DNA of 64,000 nt from Parcubacteria bacterium C7867-004 (GCA_001189075.1 LFCN01000006.1:237219-301218); one strand, 5' to 3'. Positions 28,980-38,019 are shown, numbered from the stretch's first letter. Numbers and translations are program-made. The notes: a model not told the origin generated them from the letters alone.

Positions 28980-30491
28980 ATGCGCATGCCGTTCAAGCGT
29001 CAGACCGCAACGACTGCCACGACCGACGAGAACGGGCTTGAGACTCTCAATCCCGCGCTCCTTCTGGAGGGCGAGATTGAGACCGAGATCGGGCGGGCGC
29101 ATGCCCTCGCGGTCACGTTCAAGCCCGGAGAAGAACTCCAACCCTTCCTCAGACAGATCATCGGGCGCGTCGCTCGCATGCACGTGGACTACAACAAGCG
29201 TGCGACGAGCACCCTGCAGGCTATCGCCGGCAGGTTCGTGGTCCTCAAGACCCAACTCGACCAGCCGGTCGAAACCGAGGCAGCGAAGTCTCGCGCGGAA
29301 CTCACCAAAAGGATCGAGAACCACGTGAGGGATCGCGTTCGTCGGAAACTGAAGATCGCCAGCTCCCTCAAGGGACAACGTGAAGACGAGCGCAAGCTCG
29401 CCATCGGCATCTTCGGTGATCCGGAACTCTCGGCTCAAAAGCCGAGCCGGCTGAAAGACGTGGCCGCCTTCCTCATCAGCCTCTTCGTTGGAGCGGGTCT
29501 CGACCTGTCCCTCAACCTGGAGTTGATGAGCTTCGGCTCCACCTTCGCCGTCGCGATCTCCATGTCGCTGCTGATCTCGCTGATCGGTGCGACCTTGGCG
29601 CATTTCGCCTCCCGGTCCATCAGGACCTGGAAGTGCCATCGCCAAGCCCTCGCCGCCTTCAGCCGGGAATTCCCGGATGGGAAGGACTTCAAGACTGGGA
29701 AAGAGGTCTTCGTGTTGCCGCTGCCGCCCGGCTTCGCGCCGATGGCAAGCGTCACGCACGGCGGCCTCATCCTGCTCGCTGCCGCTCTTGTCTGGGTTCG
29801 CCTGGACATCATGCGGGACCAGCCCGGCGCGAATGCCATCGGCCTCTTCGCGACCTTCCTGGTGATCGGCACCTGGTTCGTCCAGTACCTCTTTGAAGCG
29901 TTCATGTCGGGCATCGAACACGCCCGGCTCCGTGAGCTTCATGAGATGCAGGAGAACCTGGGCGGTCTCGAAGAGGAACACCTTTCCCTCAGCGAGATCG
30001 ACGGCACCGACGAGTTCATGGTCAAGATCGGCCAAGAGGTCTCGGACTACGAAGAAGCCGCCGTGACCCGCGCGAAAGCGCTGGCAGAGACGGCGGAAAA
30101 GCTCACTCGCGAGCGTAACGAGTTCGATCGTTTGTTGGCGGAGTTCCAGGCATCTCATGCCTGGTTCACCGCCGCTGCGACGGATGTGGCCGAGGTTTTC
30201 CTGGCCGACGTCGCGGGCTCCAAGACTGCTCCGAGTGCGCTTAAGCCCAACGATCTCAGTACGATGATCGTGGGCGTGCTCCCGGAACCCGTCAAGGCTG
30301 TGGCTGATTTCGACAAGATCTTCGCCTTCGATGTCCCGCAAGACGGGGCGTCGGAGGAACCGGTCGACGTCGAGACTATCGTCCTCAGCTTCGCGGACGC
30401 TTTCGAGGCTCGTGAACGTTCGCGACAAGAAAAAGAAGCTGAGCGGGCTCGAGTCGAAGAGGCGCAAGCCTTCCTCGCCAAGACCAACTGA
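28980..30491 (+). CDS. polytopic membrane protein with N- and C-terminal cytoplasmic coiled-coil domains (unknown family)
   Basis: ~503 aa. ~165-aa soluble N-terminus, 3-4 central TM helices, ~190-aa acidic coiled-coil C-terminus. Very GC-rich codons. Confidence 0.55.
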   Translation: MRMPFKRQTATTATTDENGLETLNPALLLEGEIETEIGRAHALAVTFKPGEELQPFLRQIIGRVARMHVDYNKRATSTLQAIAGRFVVLKTQLDQPVETEAAKSRAELTKRIENHVRDRVRRKLKIASSLKGQREDERKLAIGIFGDPELSAQKPSRLKDVAAFLISLFVGAGLDLSLNLELMSFGSTFAVAISMSLLISLIGATLAHFASRSIRTWKCHRQALAAFSREFPDGKDFKTGKEVFVLPLPPGFAPMASVTHGGLILLAAALVWVRLDIMRDQPGANAIGLFATFLVIGTWFVQYLFEAFMSGIEHARLRELHEMQENLGGLEEEHLSLSEIDGTDEFMVKIGQEVSDYEEAAVTRAKALAETAEKLTRERNEFDRLLAEFQASHAWFTAAATDVAEVFLADVAGSKTAPSALKPNDLSTMIVGVLPEPVKAVADFDKIFAFDVPQDGASEEPVDVETIVLSFADAFEARERSRQEKEAERARVEEAQAFLAKTN

Positions 30492-30520
30492 GCTACAACA
30501 CCTTCAGGAAAGTTACTGAC

Positions 30521-31606
30521 ATGAAACGCCAAGCTGTCACGCCCACGCCGAAGGCCGGGCAAAAGTCCGCATCGCGCGGATTCAGTATCTGGTGGATCGT
30601 CGGCGCGGTGGGAGCGTTCATCGCCCTCATCGCCCTGATCTCCGTCTTCGTCTTCGGGCGATCGGAGTTCATGCCGCAGACGGACACCTACACCTTCGCG
30701 CGCGACCTGTCCATCGACAACGGCCAGAAGATCGATCCCGCCACGTTCAAGGACACGACGGGAAAGATCACGCTCGCCGAGGTCTTCACGGACAACAAGG
30801 CGCTGAGCTACTACGGCGCCGACGACAAGGGTCAAGACGGAGTGGGCCTCACGGTCCGCTTCGTCACGACGGTGGGCGGCAGGCCGGTCCCTGGTGGGGA
30901 CAAGGCCTTCAGCCTTCCGGGCTGGAAGAGCCGAAACGAGAACGGGGTCAACAACCCCGTTCGTCGCGCGTTCGCGAAAGAGAAGCAGGGCGAGTTCCAC
31001 TCGCTCGTCGGCTCCTTCGCCGCGTCCGTTTCTCTCGATCGTCTCGCAGTCGTGGTGGTCGACACCACGAGCGGGGTGAGCGAGGACATGGCCCGCCGGG
31101 TCAACACCACGGTCAACGGGATCTGCAAGGATCCCGATACTGTGGTCCGGCTGCACCTCATCTCGAGCGAGTCCTACCAGGGCGGCGCTCGCGAATGGCG
31201 GTGTCGGATCCTGTCTTCGGGCGAGATCGACGCGGTGATCGCAAGCCAAGGGGCCAACGCCTCCGGCGTGCTCAAGAGCCTCCGGGCTATCACCGAGTCG
31301 GTCTCGAACGAGGTCGCGGAGAACCCGCGGTCGCTGGTCACGGTCCATGTCTTCACCGACGGGATCGAGAACTACGACGGCTGGGACTTCTACAAGGCCC
31401 AGCGCCCGATGATCGAAGACCAGTCCAACTGGTCCAAGGTCGATGAGCGGTTCGGTCTCGCCAGCTTCAAGCTGCAAGGGGTGAGGTTCGTCCTCCACCC
31501 CACGCCGCAACCGCCGGAGCATCAGGCGCTGATGGGGCATGCACTCGCGTACCTGGCCGACAGGCTGGAGAACGCGGGCGCGAAGGTCCAAAAGCTCGAC
31601 TTCTAG
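30521..31606 (+). CDS. membrane-anchored protein with vWA-like domain
   Basis: N-terminal TM. VVVVDTTSGVS (MIDAS-like) and VHVFTDGIEN (vWA TDG motif). 30 nt downstream of the previous gene. Confidence 0.5.
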   Translation: MKRQAVTPTPKAGQKSASRGFSIWWIVGAVGAFIALIALISVFVFGRSEFMPQTDTYTFARDLSIDNGQKIDPATFKDTTGKITLAEVFTDNKALSYYGADDKGQDGVGLTVRFVTTVGGRPVPGGDKAFSLPGWKSRNENGVNNPVRRAFAKEKQGEFHSLVGSFAASVSLDRLAVVVVDTTSGVSEDMARRVNTTVNGICKDPDTVVRLHLISSESYQGGAREWRCRILSSGEIDAVIASQGANASGVLKSLRAITESVSNEVAENPRSLVTVHVFTDGIENYDGWDFYKAQRPMIEDQSNWSKVDERFGLASFKLQGVRFVLHPTPQPPEHQALMGHALAYLADRLENAGAKVQKLDF

Positions 31607-31641
31607 TCGGGCCAACGACGGTACTACCCTCTATTGTACTT

Positions 31642-31684
31642 GCGCCCCCTGGACCACAACGGTTCCGGGGGCGTTTTCTTTTAT
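31642..31684 (+). terminator. intrinsic terminator
   Basis: GCGCCCCCTGGaccacaacggttCCGGGGGCG, then TTTTCTTTT. Confidence 0.6.
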
Positions 31685-31720
31685 ACAGCCGTTGAGTATG
31701 CCTTTCGGTATACTGGATAG

Positions 31721-32179
31721 ATGCAAACGGATTCTCCTCACGGTACGGGATTCGATCCGGATTTCCGGCCGGATCTGACGCCCGCGCAAATGCTCGCGCT
31801 CGGCGTGTTCGGCGGCGCGTATTTTGATAACGAATCGACAGACGAATATCCGAAGGAATGGTTCAAGGATGCAAAGATCTCGGATCATGGCCCCGATAAG
31901 AGCCTGAACTATTTCGGTGTCGATGCGTCGCAGTCGAGAGAGGAGTGGATACGCAAAGGATGGATACGCGATCAGGATCCGCTCGGGTGGTTCCAGTGGT
32001 ACTGCCGGTATTATCTCGGTCGCCGCTCAGAGGATGATGCGCGTCAGATCAAGCGCTGGCGTCAGATGGTCCGTCATGCGGCGCAGGTGAAGTACGGATG
32101 TCGCGCAGGAGACGCAACCTGCAGGCCCAAGCAGCGTCAGGCGCTGTTACACTGGGCCTATGACTCACGCAGGATCTGA
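31721..32179 (+). CDS. hypothetical conserved protein
   Basis: 152 aa, Trp-rich (WFQWYCRYYLGRR). No TM helices. Family not recognised. Confidence 0.45.
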   Translation: MQTDSPHGTGFDPDFRPDLTPAQMLALGVFGGAYFDNESTDEYPKEWFKDAKISDHGPDKSLNYFGVDASQSREEWIRKGWIRDQDPLGWFQWYCRYYLGRRSEDDARQIKRWRQMVRHAAQVKYGCRAGDATCRPKQRQALLHWAYDSRRI

Positions 32180-32804
32180 TCGATTCAAGTACGGCTGGCT
32201 CACGCTCACGCTCACGCTCACGCTCAGTCTCGTATCGTCAGCAGCGTTCCTCGCGCTCGCGCTTATCGAATACTACGCCCACGATCTTCCGCAAGCGGTA
32301 GATTCCTTAGTCGCTACTATGATCGGTCCCTTACGTACGGTCGGACTCATAGAGGTATTCCTCACCATAACTACGCTCGGGAACACGCTCTCGATAGTGC
32401 TCGTCGCGCTTGCTTCCGCATTCTTCCTGCGTAAGAGCCCGCACGTTGTCGAACGTCTCGCGTTCGTGCTCATCGGAAGCACGCTTGTCGTAAACATCGT
32501 GAAGATCGCGATATCCCGCGTACGACCGGAAACACTCATATGGTTCGATCCGCTGCTTACGTATTCCTTTCCGAGCGGGCACGCGGCAGCAAGCATGGCG
32601 CTGTACGGGTCCTTGGCGATCATATCCGCACGCTTGCTGAGGGGCTGGAAACGCACACTCGCTGTTATCCTCTGCGTCCTCATCATCCTCGGGGTAGGCA
32701 CAAGCCGGGTGGTGCTCAGCGCACATTTCTTCACGGATGTAATCGGTGGATACCTGCTTGGTATCGCGTTCGTAGCCTTGGCGTTCTCGTTTAGGAGCCG
32801 CTAG
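32160..32804 (+). CDS. PAP2 superfamily phosphatase
   Basis: KIAISRVRP (KxxxxxxRP), FPSGHAAAS (PSGH) and SRVVLSAHFFTDVIGG (SRxxxxxHxxxD). Confidence 0.8.
   Translation: MTHAGSDRFKYGWLTLTLTLTLSLVSSAAFLALALIEYYAHDLPQAVDSLVATMIGPLRTVGLIEVFLTITTLGNTLSIVLVALASAFFLRKSPHVVERLAFVLIGSTLVVNIVKIAISRVRPETLIWFDPLLTYSFPSGHAAASMALYGSLAIISARLLRGWKRTLAVILCVLIILGVGTSRVVLSAHFFTDVIGGYLLGIAFVALAFSFRSR
32199..32227 (+). repeat. (CTCACG)n hexanucleotide tandem repeat, ~4.7 units
   Basis: ctcacgctcacgctcacgctcacgctcag encodes the (LT)n run LTLTLTLTL near the PAP2 N-terminus. Confidence 0.8.
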
Positions 32805-33462
32805 CGGGACCCTGCTTCTGGGCTTCTTCGGCTTTCTTGTCTTGCCGATGGTTCCAGTATTCGAATGCGAGCGGAAGGAATGAGAGTACGATGATCAATC
32901 CGATGATAGGAAGGAGGTAGTGCTCGCTTTGTGGAAAGGATCTTCCGAGGAAGTACCCGAGTGTCGTCACGCCCGTTCCCCAGAGCAATGCGCCGATGAC
33001 GTTGTAGGTGATGAAGGTGCGGTACTGCATCGAGCCGATGCCGGCGAGTATCGGGACGAATGAGCGCACGGCCGGTATGAAGCGGGCAAGGACAACCGCA
33101 CGCACGCCATACTTCTCATAGAACTCCTCGGTGCGCTTCACATGCTTCTCCTTGATGAAGAAGGAGTCGGGTCGTCCGAGGTATTTCTTGCCAAGCACGC
33201 TTCCGAGCCAGTACCCAGCGCTGTCGCCGAGTATCGCTGCAATGGTAACGACCACCACGAGCGGCACGATAGGGAACCATCCTTGGGACGCGAGGAAGCC
33301 GGCGGTAAACAGGAGGCTCTCTCCGGGAAAGACGAATCCGAACGGCATGCCACTCTCGCAAAAGACGATAATGAAAAGGCCTACTAATCCCGCGCTCTGG
33401 ACCAGGTGCGGCAGTGAGATACCGATAGCATCAAGCATTTCATCCCAGTATACTGCCCCCAT
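32791..33462 (-). CDS. DedA/VTT (SNARE-associated) family membrane protein
   Basis: FCESGMPFGFVFPGESLLFTAGFLA and ...VVLARFIP... DedA signatures. Start may instead be MLDAIG at 33438. Confidence 0.8.
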   Translation of the reverse strand: MGAVYWDEMLDAIGISLPHLVQSAGLVGLFIIVFCESGMPFGFVFPGESLLFTAGFLASQGWFPIVPLVVVVTIAAILGDSAGYWLGSVLGKKYLGRPDSFFIKEKHVKRTEEFYEKYGVRAVVLARFIPAVRSFVPILAGIGSMQYRTFITYNVIGALLWGTGVTTLGYFLGRSFPQSEHYLLPIIGLIIVLSFLPLAFEYWNHRQDKKAEEAQKQGPASGS

Positions 33463-33871
33463 GAACGAACGGGAATTCGAGCAGATCGCGATAGAGGAGT
33501 GGAAGCGGGTGCCGGACCGATTTAAGGGGAAGATACAGAATCTCGCACTCCTTATCGAAGACGAGCCAGACCAGGAGGTGCGAGAACTGGAAGCGCTCGA
33601 AGAGGGCGAGACGCTGCTCGGTCTCTATCGCGGCGTCCCGCTCACCGAACGGGGAAGCGAGTACGGCATCGGCATGACGCTGCCCGATACGATAACGCTG
33701 TACCGGCTTCCAATTATAGAGGAGGCGGAGGAGATGGATCGCGCGTTCAGGGATGCGGTGCGCATTGTTGTCCGCGAGACCATATGGCACGAAGTAGGGC
33801 ACTACTTCGGTCATGGGGAAGAATCGATCAATGAGCGGGAGGATGATGGGACCAATCGGTTCGAGTCCTAA
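33461..33871 (+). CDS. zincin-like metallopeptidase family protein (DUF1025-like)
   Basis: HExxH in IWHEVGHYFGH. ~136 aa. Confidence 0.6.
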   Translation: MNEREFEQIAIEEWKRVPDRFKGKIQNLALLIEDEPDQEVRELEALEEGETLLGLYRGVPLTERGSEYGIGMTLPDTITLYRLPIIEEAEEMDRAFRDAVRIVVRETIWHEVGHYFGHGEESINEREDDGTNRFES

Positions 33872-33991
33872 TCTCCCAGCTTGGCACAAGGTGACGCCTT
33901 GACAGCTCCAATCGCGGTCGCGTTGCGAATTTAGCATGTCGGTACATAATTCGAGCGAGCCCGCAGGGGCGGTTACGTCGGGCTACTCACT

Positions 33992-36289
33992 ATGATTTCT
34001 AAGATAAATCGCGTCAGAAAACTCGGACTCGTCTTCGCTGACTTCTCATGGTCAGCGGTAGTCCCCGCGTTTCGAGCCTTCAATCTGGTCTATGGCTGGA
34101 ACGGCTGCGGAAAAACGACGCTCACCCGCCTGTTCGACATGATCGCGCGCGGCGACGCTGGCGAGGTGGAATACGAAGTTGAAGATGTAAGCGGGGCCGC
34201 TTTCAGGTCAGCAGATCAATTCCCCACGCCGATACGCGTCTTCAATCAGGACTACGTCCAGAGCAATGTCCGAGTCCTGGAGTCGTCAGCGAACACAATC
34301 TCCGTACTGTTGGGCGCAGAGAACAAGGAACTCGCGACCCAGATTGAAGCTGACGAGCGCCTCCTGAACGGCTTGCCAGGTGACGGCGACAAAATCGGGA
34401 AGGTTCGCGAACTGCGCGGGTACACCGAAAAGAAGATCCGCAAGGAAAAGGGTAACGACACCGCCTTCACCGACATCGCCAAGACCATCGGAGCGGCGAT
34501 TGTCGGTAGCGGCGCGGCATCTCGCACCTATCGGGCTCCGGATGCGAAGAAGGACTTCTCTAGCATAAAAGCGCCCGCGCTCCTCTCGGACGAGGAGCGG
34601 GAACGGCACATTCTGGCGCTCAAGCAGGAGATGCTGCCCGAGGTGGAGCCAGTCCAGGCCCCTTCCTTGGACTTTAACGGCAAAGAGGCCTCAGTCCTCG
34701 AGGTCCTCGCCGCGCTTTCCGACCGCGCGGCCGCGCTCTGCATCGAAACGGTCGAGAGCGAAACGGTCCGCAAGCTAATAGGGCATCCCGACATCGCAGC
34801 CTGGGTTGAGGCGGGCCTCCATCTTCACAACGAGCATTCGTCGAAGAGTTGTGAATTCTGCGGCAACGAAATCCCAAAGGACCGCTTGGCCCAGCTTGCG
34901 CGCCACTTCAGCGAGGCCGATCGACGCCTGAAGGCGGACGTTGAGGCTGTCGTGGTGCAGCTCCGCGACGTGCATCGCCTCCTTACGGCCGTTCCGGTGC
35001 CCGATGCTGCGCGCCTATACCGCGAGCTTCAGGCGGACTTCGCCGAGAAGCGGTTGCTGGTTGAGGATGCCCGAACCAACCTGCTGGCACAGGTAACGGC
35101 GGTCGGGAAGGCGCTTCAAGAAAAGAAGTTGCGCACGACAGAAGCCGTCGAGCTAGGCGCAGGGGTGGACGTGAGGCCGCTCGCCGATGCGATCGAGACG
35201 GCGAACGCCGTGATCGAAATGCACAACCGGAGATCCAAGGACTTCATGGCGGTGCAGAGAAAGTCAGTGGGCGCGATCAAGGTGCACTATCTCAGCACCA
35301 TCTTCGACGATGTGACGCGGCGAAACGGCGAGATTGCAGAACTCGTAACAGGCCTCGCGCGGCGGTCCGTGGAGATCGATGAAATTCGCGCTCGGGTCGC
35401 AGCAGCACGGGCCAAGATCTCCTCCGCTCATGCGGCATGCGAGCAGATCAACGAAGGCCTTAGGACCTTCTTGGGGCGCGACGAGCTGCGCTTTGTACCT
35501 GAGGAGCGCGAAGCCGACGGGGACGGCCAGGCCGCGGGTACTGTGTTGGGTTATCGGATCATGCGGGGCGACGAGCCGGCGGTTTATCTCAGCGAAGGGG
35601 AGAAGACAGCACTCGGGTTCGTGTACTTCGTTGTGCACCTCAACGACGGTCAGTTCCCTAAGCGGGATGGAATCGTCGTTATCGATGACCCGATCTCAAG
35701 CCTCGACTCGAACTCTCTCTACCAAGCGTTCAGCTTCCTCAAGAATGCTGTGGCGGGTTGCCAGCAGGTCTTCGTGCTCACTCACAATTTTGACTTTCTC
35801 AAGCTCCTCCTGAATTGGCGTAAACGGGATGGAGGTGCCGGATACTACATGATCAAGAACCATATCGAAGCCGACGAACGACGTGCCTCGATTGTCGAAA
35901 TGGACAAGGAGCTTCGGCAGTACGAGAGCGAGTACCATTACCTGTTCAAGCGCCTGAAGGAGATGCGGACGGAGCAGGACGGCACAATCATGCGCGCCTA
36001 TCCGGTGCCGAACATCGCGCGCAAGGTTTGGGACACGTTCCTCACCTTCCAAGTTCCGAACGGCGAGAGTCAATATCAGAAGATGAAGTACCTCAAGACG
36101 CAGGACTATTCAGCCGAAAAGCTCGACGCCATATATAAGTTTACGAACGATCAGTCCCACATCACCGGTGCGGGCTTTGATCCCGCTCTGGTCCCTGAGA
36201 CACAGAAGGTTCTGGCCGAGTTGTTCGAGATGATGGAGCAGATCGCGCCCGAGCATTTCCGGATTCTCGACCGCGCTACGGCTGTCTAG
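33992..36289 (+). CDS. RloC/PrrC-like AAA_13 ATPase with zinc hook and anticodon-nuclease-like C-terminal domain
   Basis: Walker A GWNGCGKTT. Central coiled-coil with CEFC. Walker B/ABC-like VVIDDPISSLD. C-terminal IARKVWDTFLTF and NDQSH. Confidence 0.65.
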   Translation: MISKINRVRKLGLVFADFSWSAVVPAFRAFNLVYGWNGCGKTTLTRLFDMIARGDAGEVEYEVEDVSGAAFRSADQFPTPIRVFNQDYVQSNVRVLESSANTISVLLGAENKELATQIEADERLLNGLPGDGDKIGKVRELRGYTEKKIRKEKGNDTAFTDIAKTIGAAIVGSGAASRTYRAPDAKKDFSSIKAPALLSDEERERHILALKQEMLPEVEPVQAPSLDFNGKEASVLEVLAALSDRAAALCIETVESETVRKLIGHPDIAAWVEAGLHLHNEHSSKSCEFCGNEIPKDRLAQLARHFSEADRRLKADVEAVVVQLRDVHRLLTAVPVPDAARLYRELQADFAEKRLLVEDARTNLLAQVTAVGKALQEKKLRTTEAVELGAGVDVRPLADAIETANAVIEMHNRRSKDFMAVQRKSVGAIKVHYLSTIFDDVTRRNGEIAELVTGLARRSVEIDEIRARVAAARAKISSAHAACEQINEGLRTFLGRDELRFVPEEREADGDGQAAGTVLGYRIMRGDEPAVYLSEGEKTALGFVYFVVHLNDGQFPKRDGIVVIDDPISSLDSNSLYQAFSFLKNAVAGCQQVFVLTHNFDFLKLLLNWRKRDGGAGYYMIKNHIEADERRASIVEMDKELRQYESEYHYLFKRLKEMRTEQDGTIMRAYPVPNIARKVWDTFLTFQVPNGESQYQKMKYLKTQDYSAEKLDAIYKFTNDQSHITGAGFDPALVPETQKVLAELFEMMEQIAPEHFRILDRATAV

Positions 36290-36605
36290 CCCGTCGCGGC
36301 AGCGCAATCGGAGACCGTGGAGTAGGACGACAGCATCCTTCAGGCGCATCGTCTGGTGCCGCTACGACACCAGGAAGTGGACGTAGGGACGTTAGGACTT
36401 TCTATGCGGCCTCGTGTGCCGTATCGCGCCGTCGACGAACGACCAACCCGGCAAGATCAAGCTGATCTCGATGGGTTTCGTCGGCCGCGATTTCTTCAAC
36501 AGTCCGCTTCAATTCAGCTTCAAGGGTTTGAACTTCGTCGCGTAGCCCCAGCCTGTGATTTTATAAAAAGAAAAGAGCCGATGTGTTACATCAGCTTCAC
36601 GTTTT

Positions 36606-36869
36606 CTAGACCGGCACCATGTCCACTTCTCCCATCGTAGACCTCACCGCATAGACGAGGCACTGGTCAGTGCAGGACTCGGGGTTGGCGGCGATGAACT
36701 CCTGCGCCTTTTCTATGGACGTGAAGGTTTCGAGCACACAGAGACCCATCACGATGTCGAGCAGCGGTGCATAGACCAGCCCATCGCCCATTCCCATTTT
36801 CGGGGCAATGCGGCACAGCCAGGGATTCAGGGACGCGGTCGCGTTCTTCTTGATACAGAACTTATCGCT
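36606..36869 (-). CDS. hypothetical small protein (cassette 1)
   Basis: ORF 36606..36884. MSDKFCIKK after a GGAGG RBS. Four Cys. No known motif. Confidence 0.4.
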   Translation of the reverse strand, partial: SDKFCIKKNATASLNPWLCRIAPKMGMGDGLVYAPLLDIVMGLCVLETFTSIEKAQEFIAANPESCTDQCLVYAVRSTMGEVDMVPV

Positions 36870-36936
36870 CATGTGAGCCTCCAAGGTGTCAGTCAGGGCG
36901 ACTATATCACCAATTCAAAGTTTGTCATTGCAAAAA

Positions 36937-36961
36937 GGTTCCAACGTCGTACCAAACTCCC
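36937..36961 (-). repeat. conserved 25-nt promoter-proximal element, copy 1
   Basis: + strand GGTTCCAACGTCGTACCAaACtCCC. Lies between the terminator of gene 37024..37860 and the -35 of gene 36606..36869. Confidence 0.7.
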
Positions 36962-37023
36962 AAACAAAAAAGATAGCCTCGCGCTATAAGAGCGCGAGGC
37001 CTAATCTATCTCGGGACTGGGAT

Positions 37024-37860
37024 CTAAGCGGCCGATGTCCGCAGACGGGGGCGAGGGGTGAACTGAAGCACCTTTCCATCCCCGAACTTGACTTCAGCTT
37101 CATCGCTCAGCGCGACCACCACCGGGGTGCTTTCCTCCGCCAGGGTTCGATTGAGATACTCCACCAGGCAGTTTAAGGCGTGGTTGAGGAAGCAGTGCTT
37201 CGTGGGATTCTCGACGAAGAGCGGGATACCGCTCGTCTGACTAAGAATCTCAAGAAATGCGTCCCTGCGCCGCTCCCAGTTCGTATCGGCTTCGGGATTG
37301 AGGACCACGAAGCTCGGGCTAATGCCCGCTCCAACCAGTCCCCAGAACACACCGGGATCTTCCTCTCCGACAGGAAGCCGGAGAATCGCCGGCGCCTGTT
37401 CGAATGGCCACCCCGAAGCTTGATGCGCCGGCTGTCCAACCTGCTCTCGTGGATAGAAGCCGAACGCGAGCGTGCCGCCCTGAATCAGGGTCGATTGGCC
37501 GTCGGCAGGAATGACGCAAACGCCGAGGTCAAACCCGAGGGTGCTGATGTCAGGATACCCCTCTTGAAGATCCTGAAGCAGGAGCCCCATCAGCAGCTGT
37601 GCGTTCGACGGGTTCTGCGACCGGAGCCGCTCGTACTCATCGCAGAACGCCTGGTATTCAGGCGCCGGGTTCGAGGCCCGGATCTCCTGCATATACAGAG
37701 CGTCATGGCTCAGAAGATCTTCGAAGGTGTAGATCGGGTGGCAACCCTCTCGCTCCGTCTCGAACAGACAGACGATGTGTTGCCGCCCGATGTTTCCGTT
37801 GATGATGTGGCAGACCTGCCGAGGATCATCGGATTCCAGCATTTCAATGCCAAACAACAT
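37024..37860 (-). CDS. hypothetical protein (cassette 2)
   Basis: 278 aa with its own promoter and terminator (GGCCTCGCGC...GCGCGAGGC, then a T-run). Confidence 0.5.
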   Translation of the reverse strand: MLFGIEMLESDDPRQVCHIINGNIGRQHIVCLFETEREGCHPIYTFEDLLSHDALYMQEIRASNPAPEYQAFCDEYERLRSQNPSNAQLLMGLLLQDLQEGYPDISTLGFDLGVCVIPADGQSTLIQGGTLAFGFYPREQVGQPAHQASGWPFEQAPAILRLPVGEEDPGVFWGLVGAGISPSFVVLNPEADTNWERRRDAFLEILSQTSGIPLFVENPTKHCFLNHALNCLVEYLNRTLAEESTPVVVALSDEAEVKFGDGKVLQFTPRPRLRTSAA

Positions 37861-37957
37861 ATTCGCCTCCAGGGCAGGTTGAACGTTCCTGGAGCTGAAT
37901 ATATAAGATTATTTATAAAAGTCAAAAATGTACTTAACTAAGGGAATTACTCAAAAA

Positions 37958-37982
37958 GGTTCCAACGTCGTACCAGACACCC
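37958..37982 (-). repeat. conserved 25-nt element, copy 2
   Basis: GGTTCCAACGTCGTACCAGACACCC. Confidence 0.8.
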
Positions 37983-38019
37983 AAAGAAAAAACGACGGTG
38001 GTGGCCGTCGCTCGTCTCA

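Noticed and set aside
28863-31615. Two long antisense ORFs (534 aa and 486 aa on the minus strand) covering the two-gene membrane module
   Set aside because: They are stop-free because of extreme GC3 on the sense strand. They have no RBS or starts in sensible positions, and their translations are Arg/Gly/Pro/Glu low-complexity. The sense-strand proteins have coherent TM and domain structure.
33131-33460. 5' extension of the zincin ORF (246-aa version)
   Set aside because: It runs antisense through the DedA gene. The conserved part begins at MNEREF (33461).
33438-33463. Divergent DedA and zincin start codons sharing one CATG, giving zero intergenic space
   Set aside because: Probably an artefact of start-codon choice, since DedA may start at MLDAIG (33438). 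Either way the promoters must lie inside the neighbouring coding regions, so it is not treated as a distinct feature.
36110-36640. ORFs 36110..36349 (-) and 36356..36640 (+) in the spacer after the RloC-like gene
   Set aside because: No RBS. Arg-rich low-complexity translations. The region is better explained as a decayed remnant or intergenic DNA.
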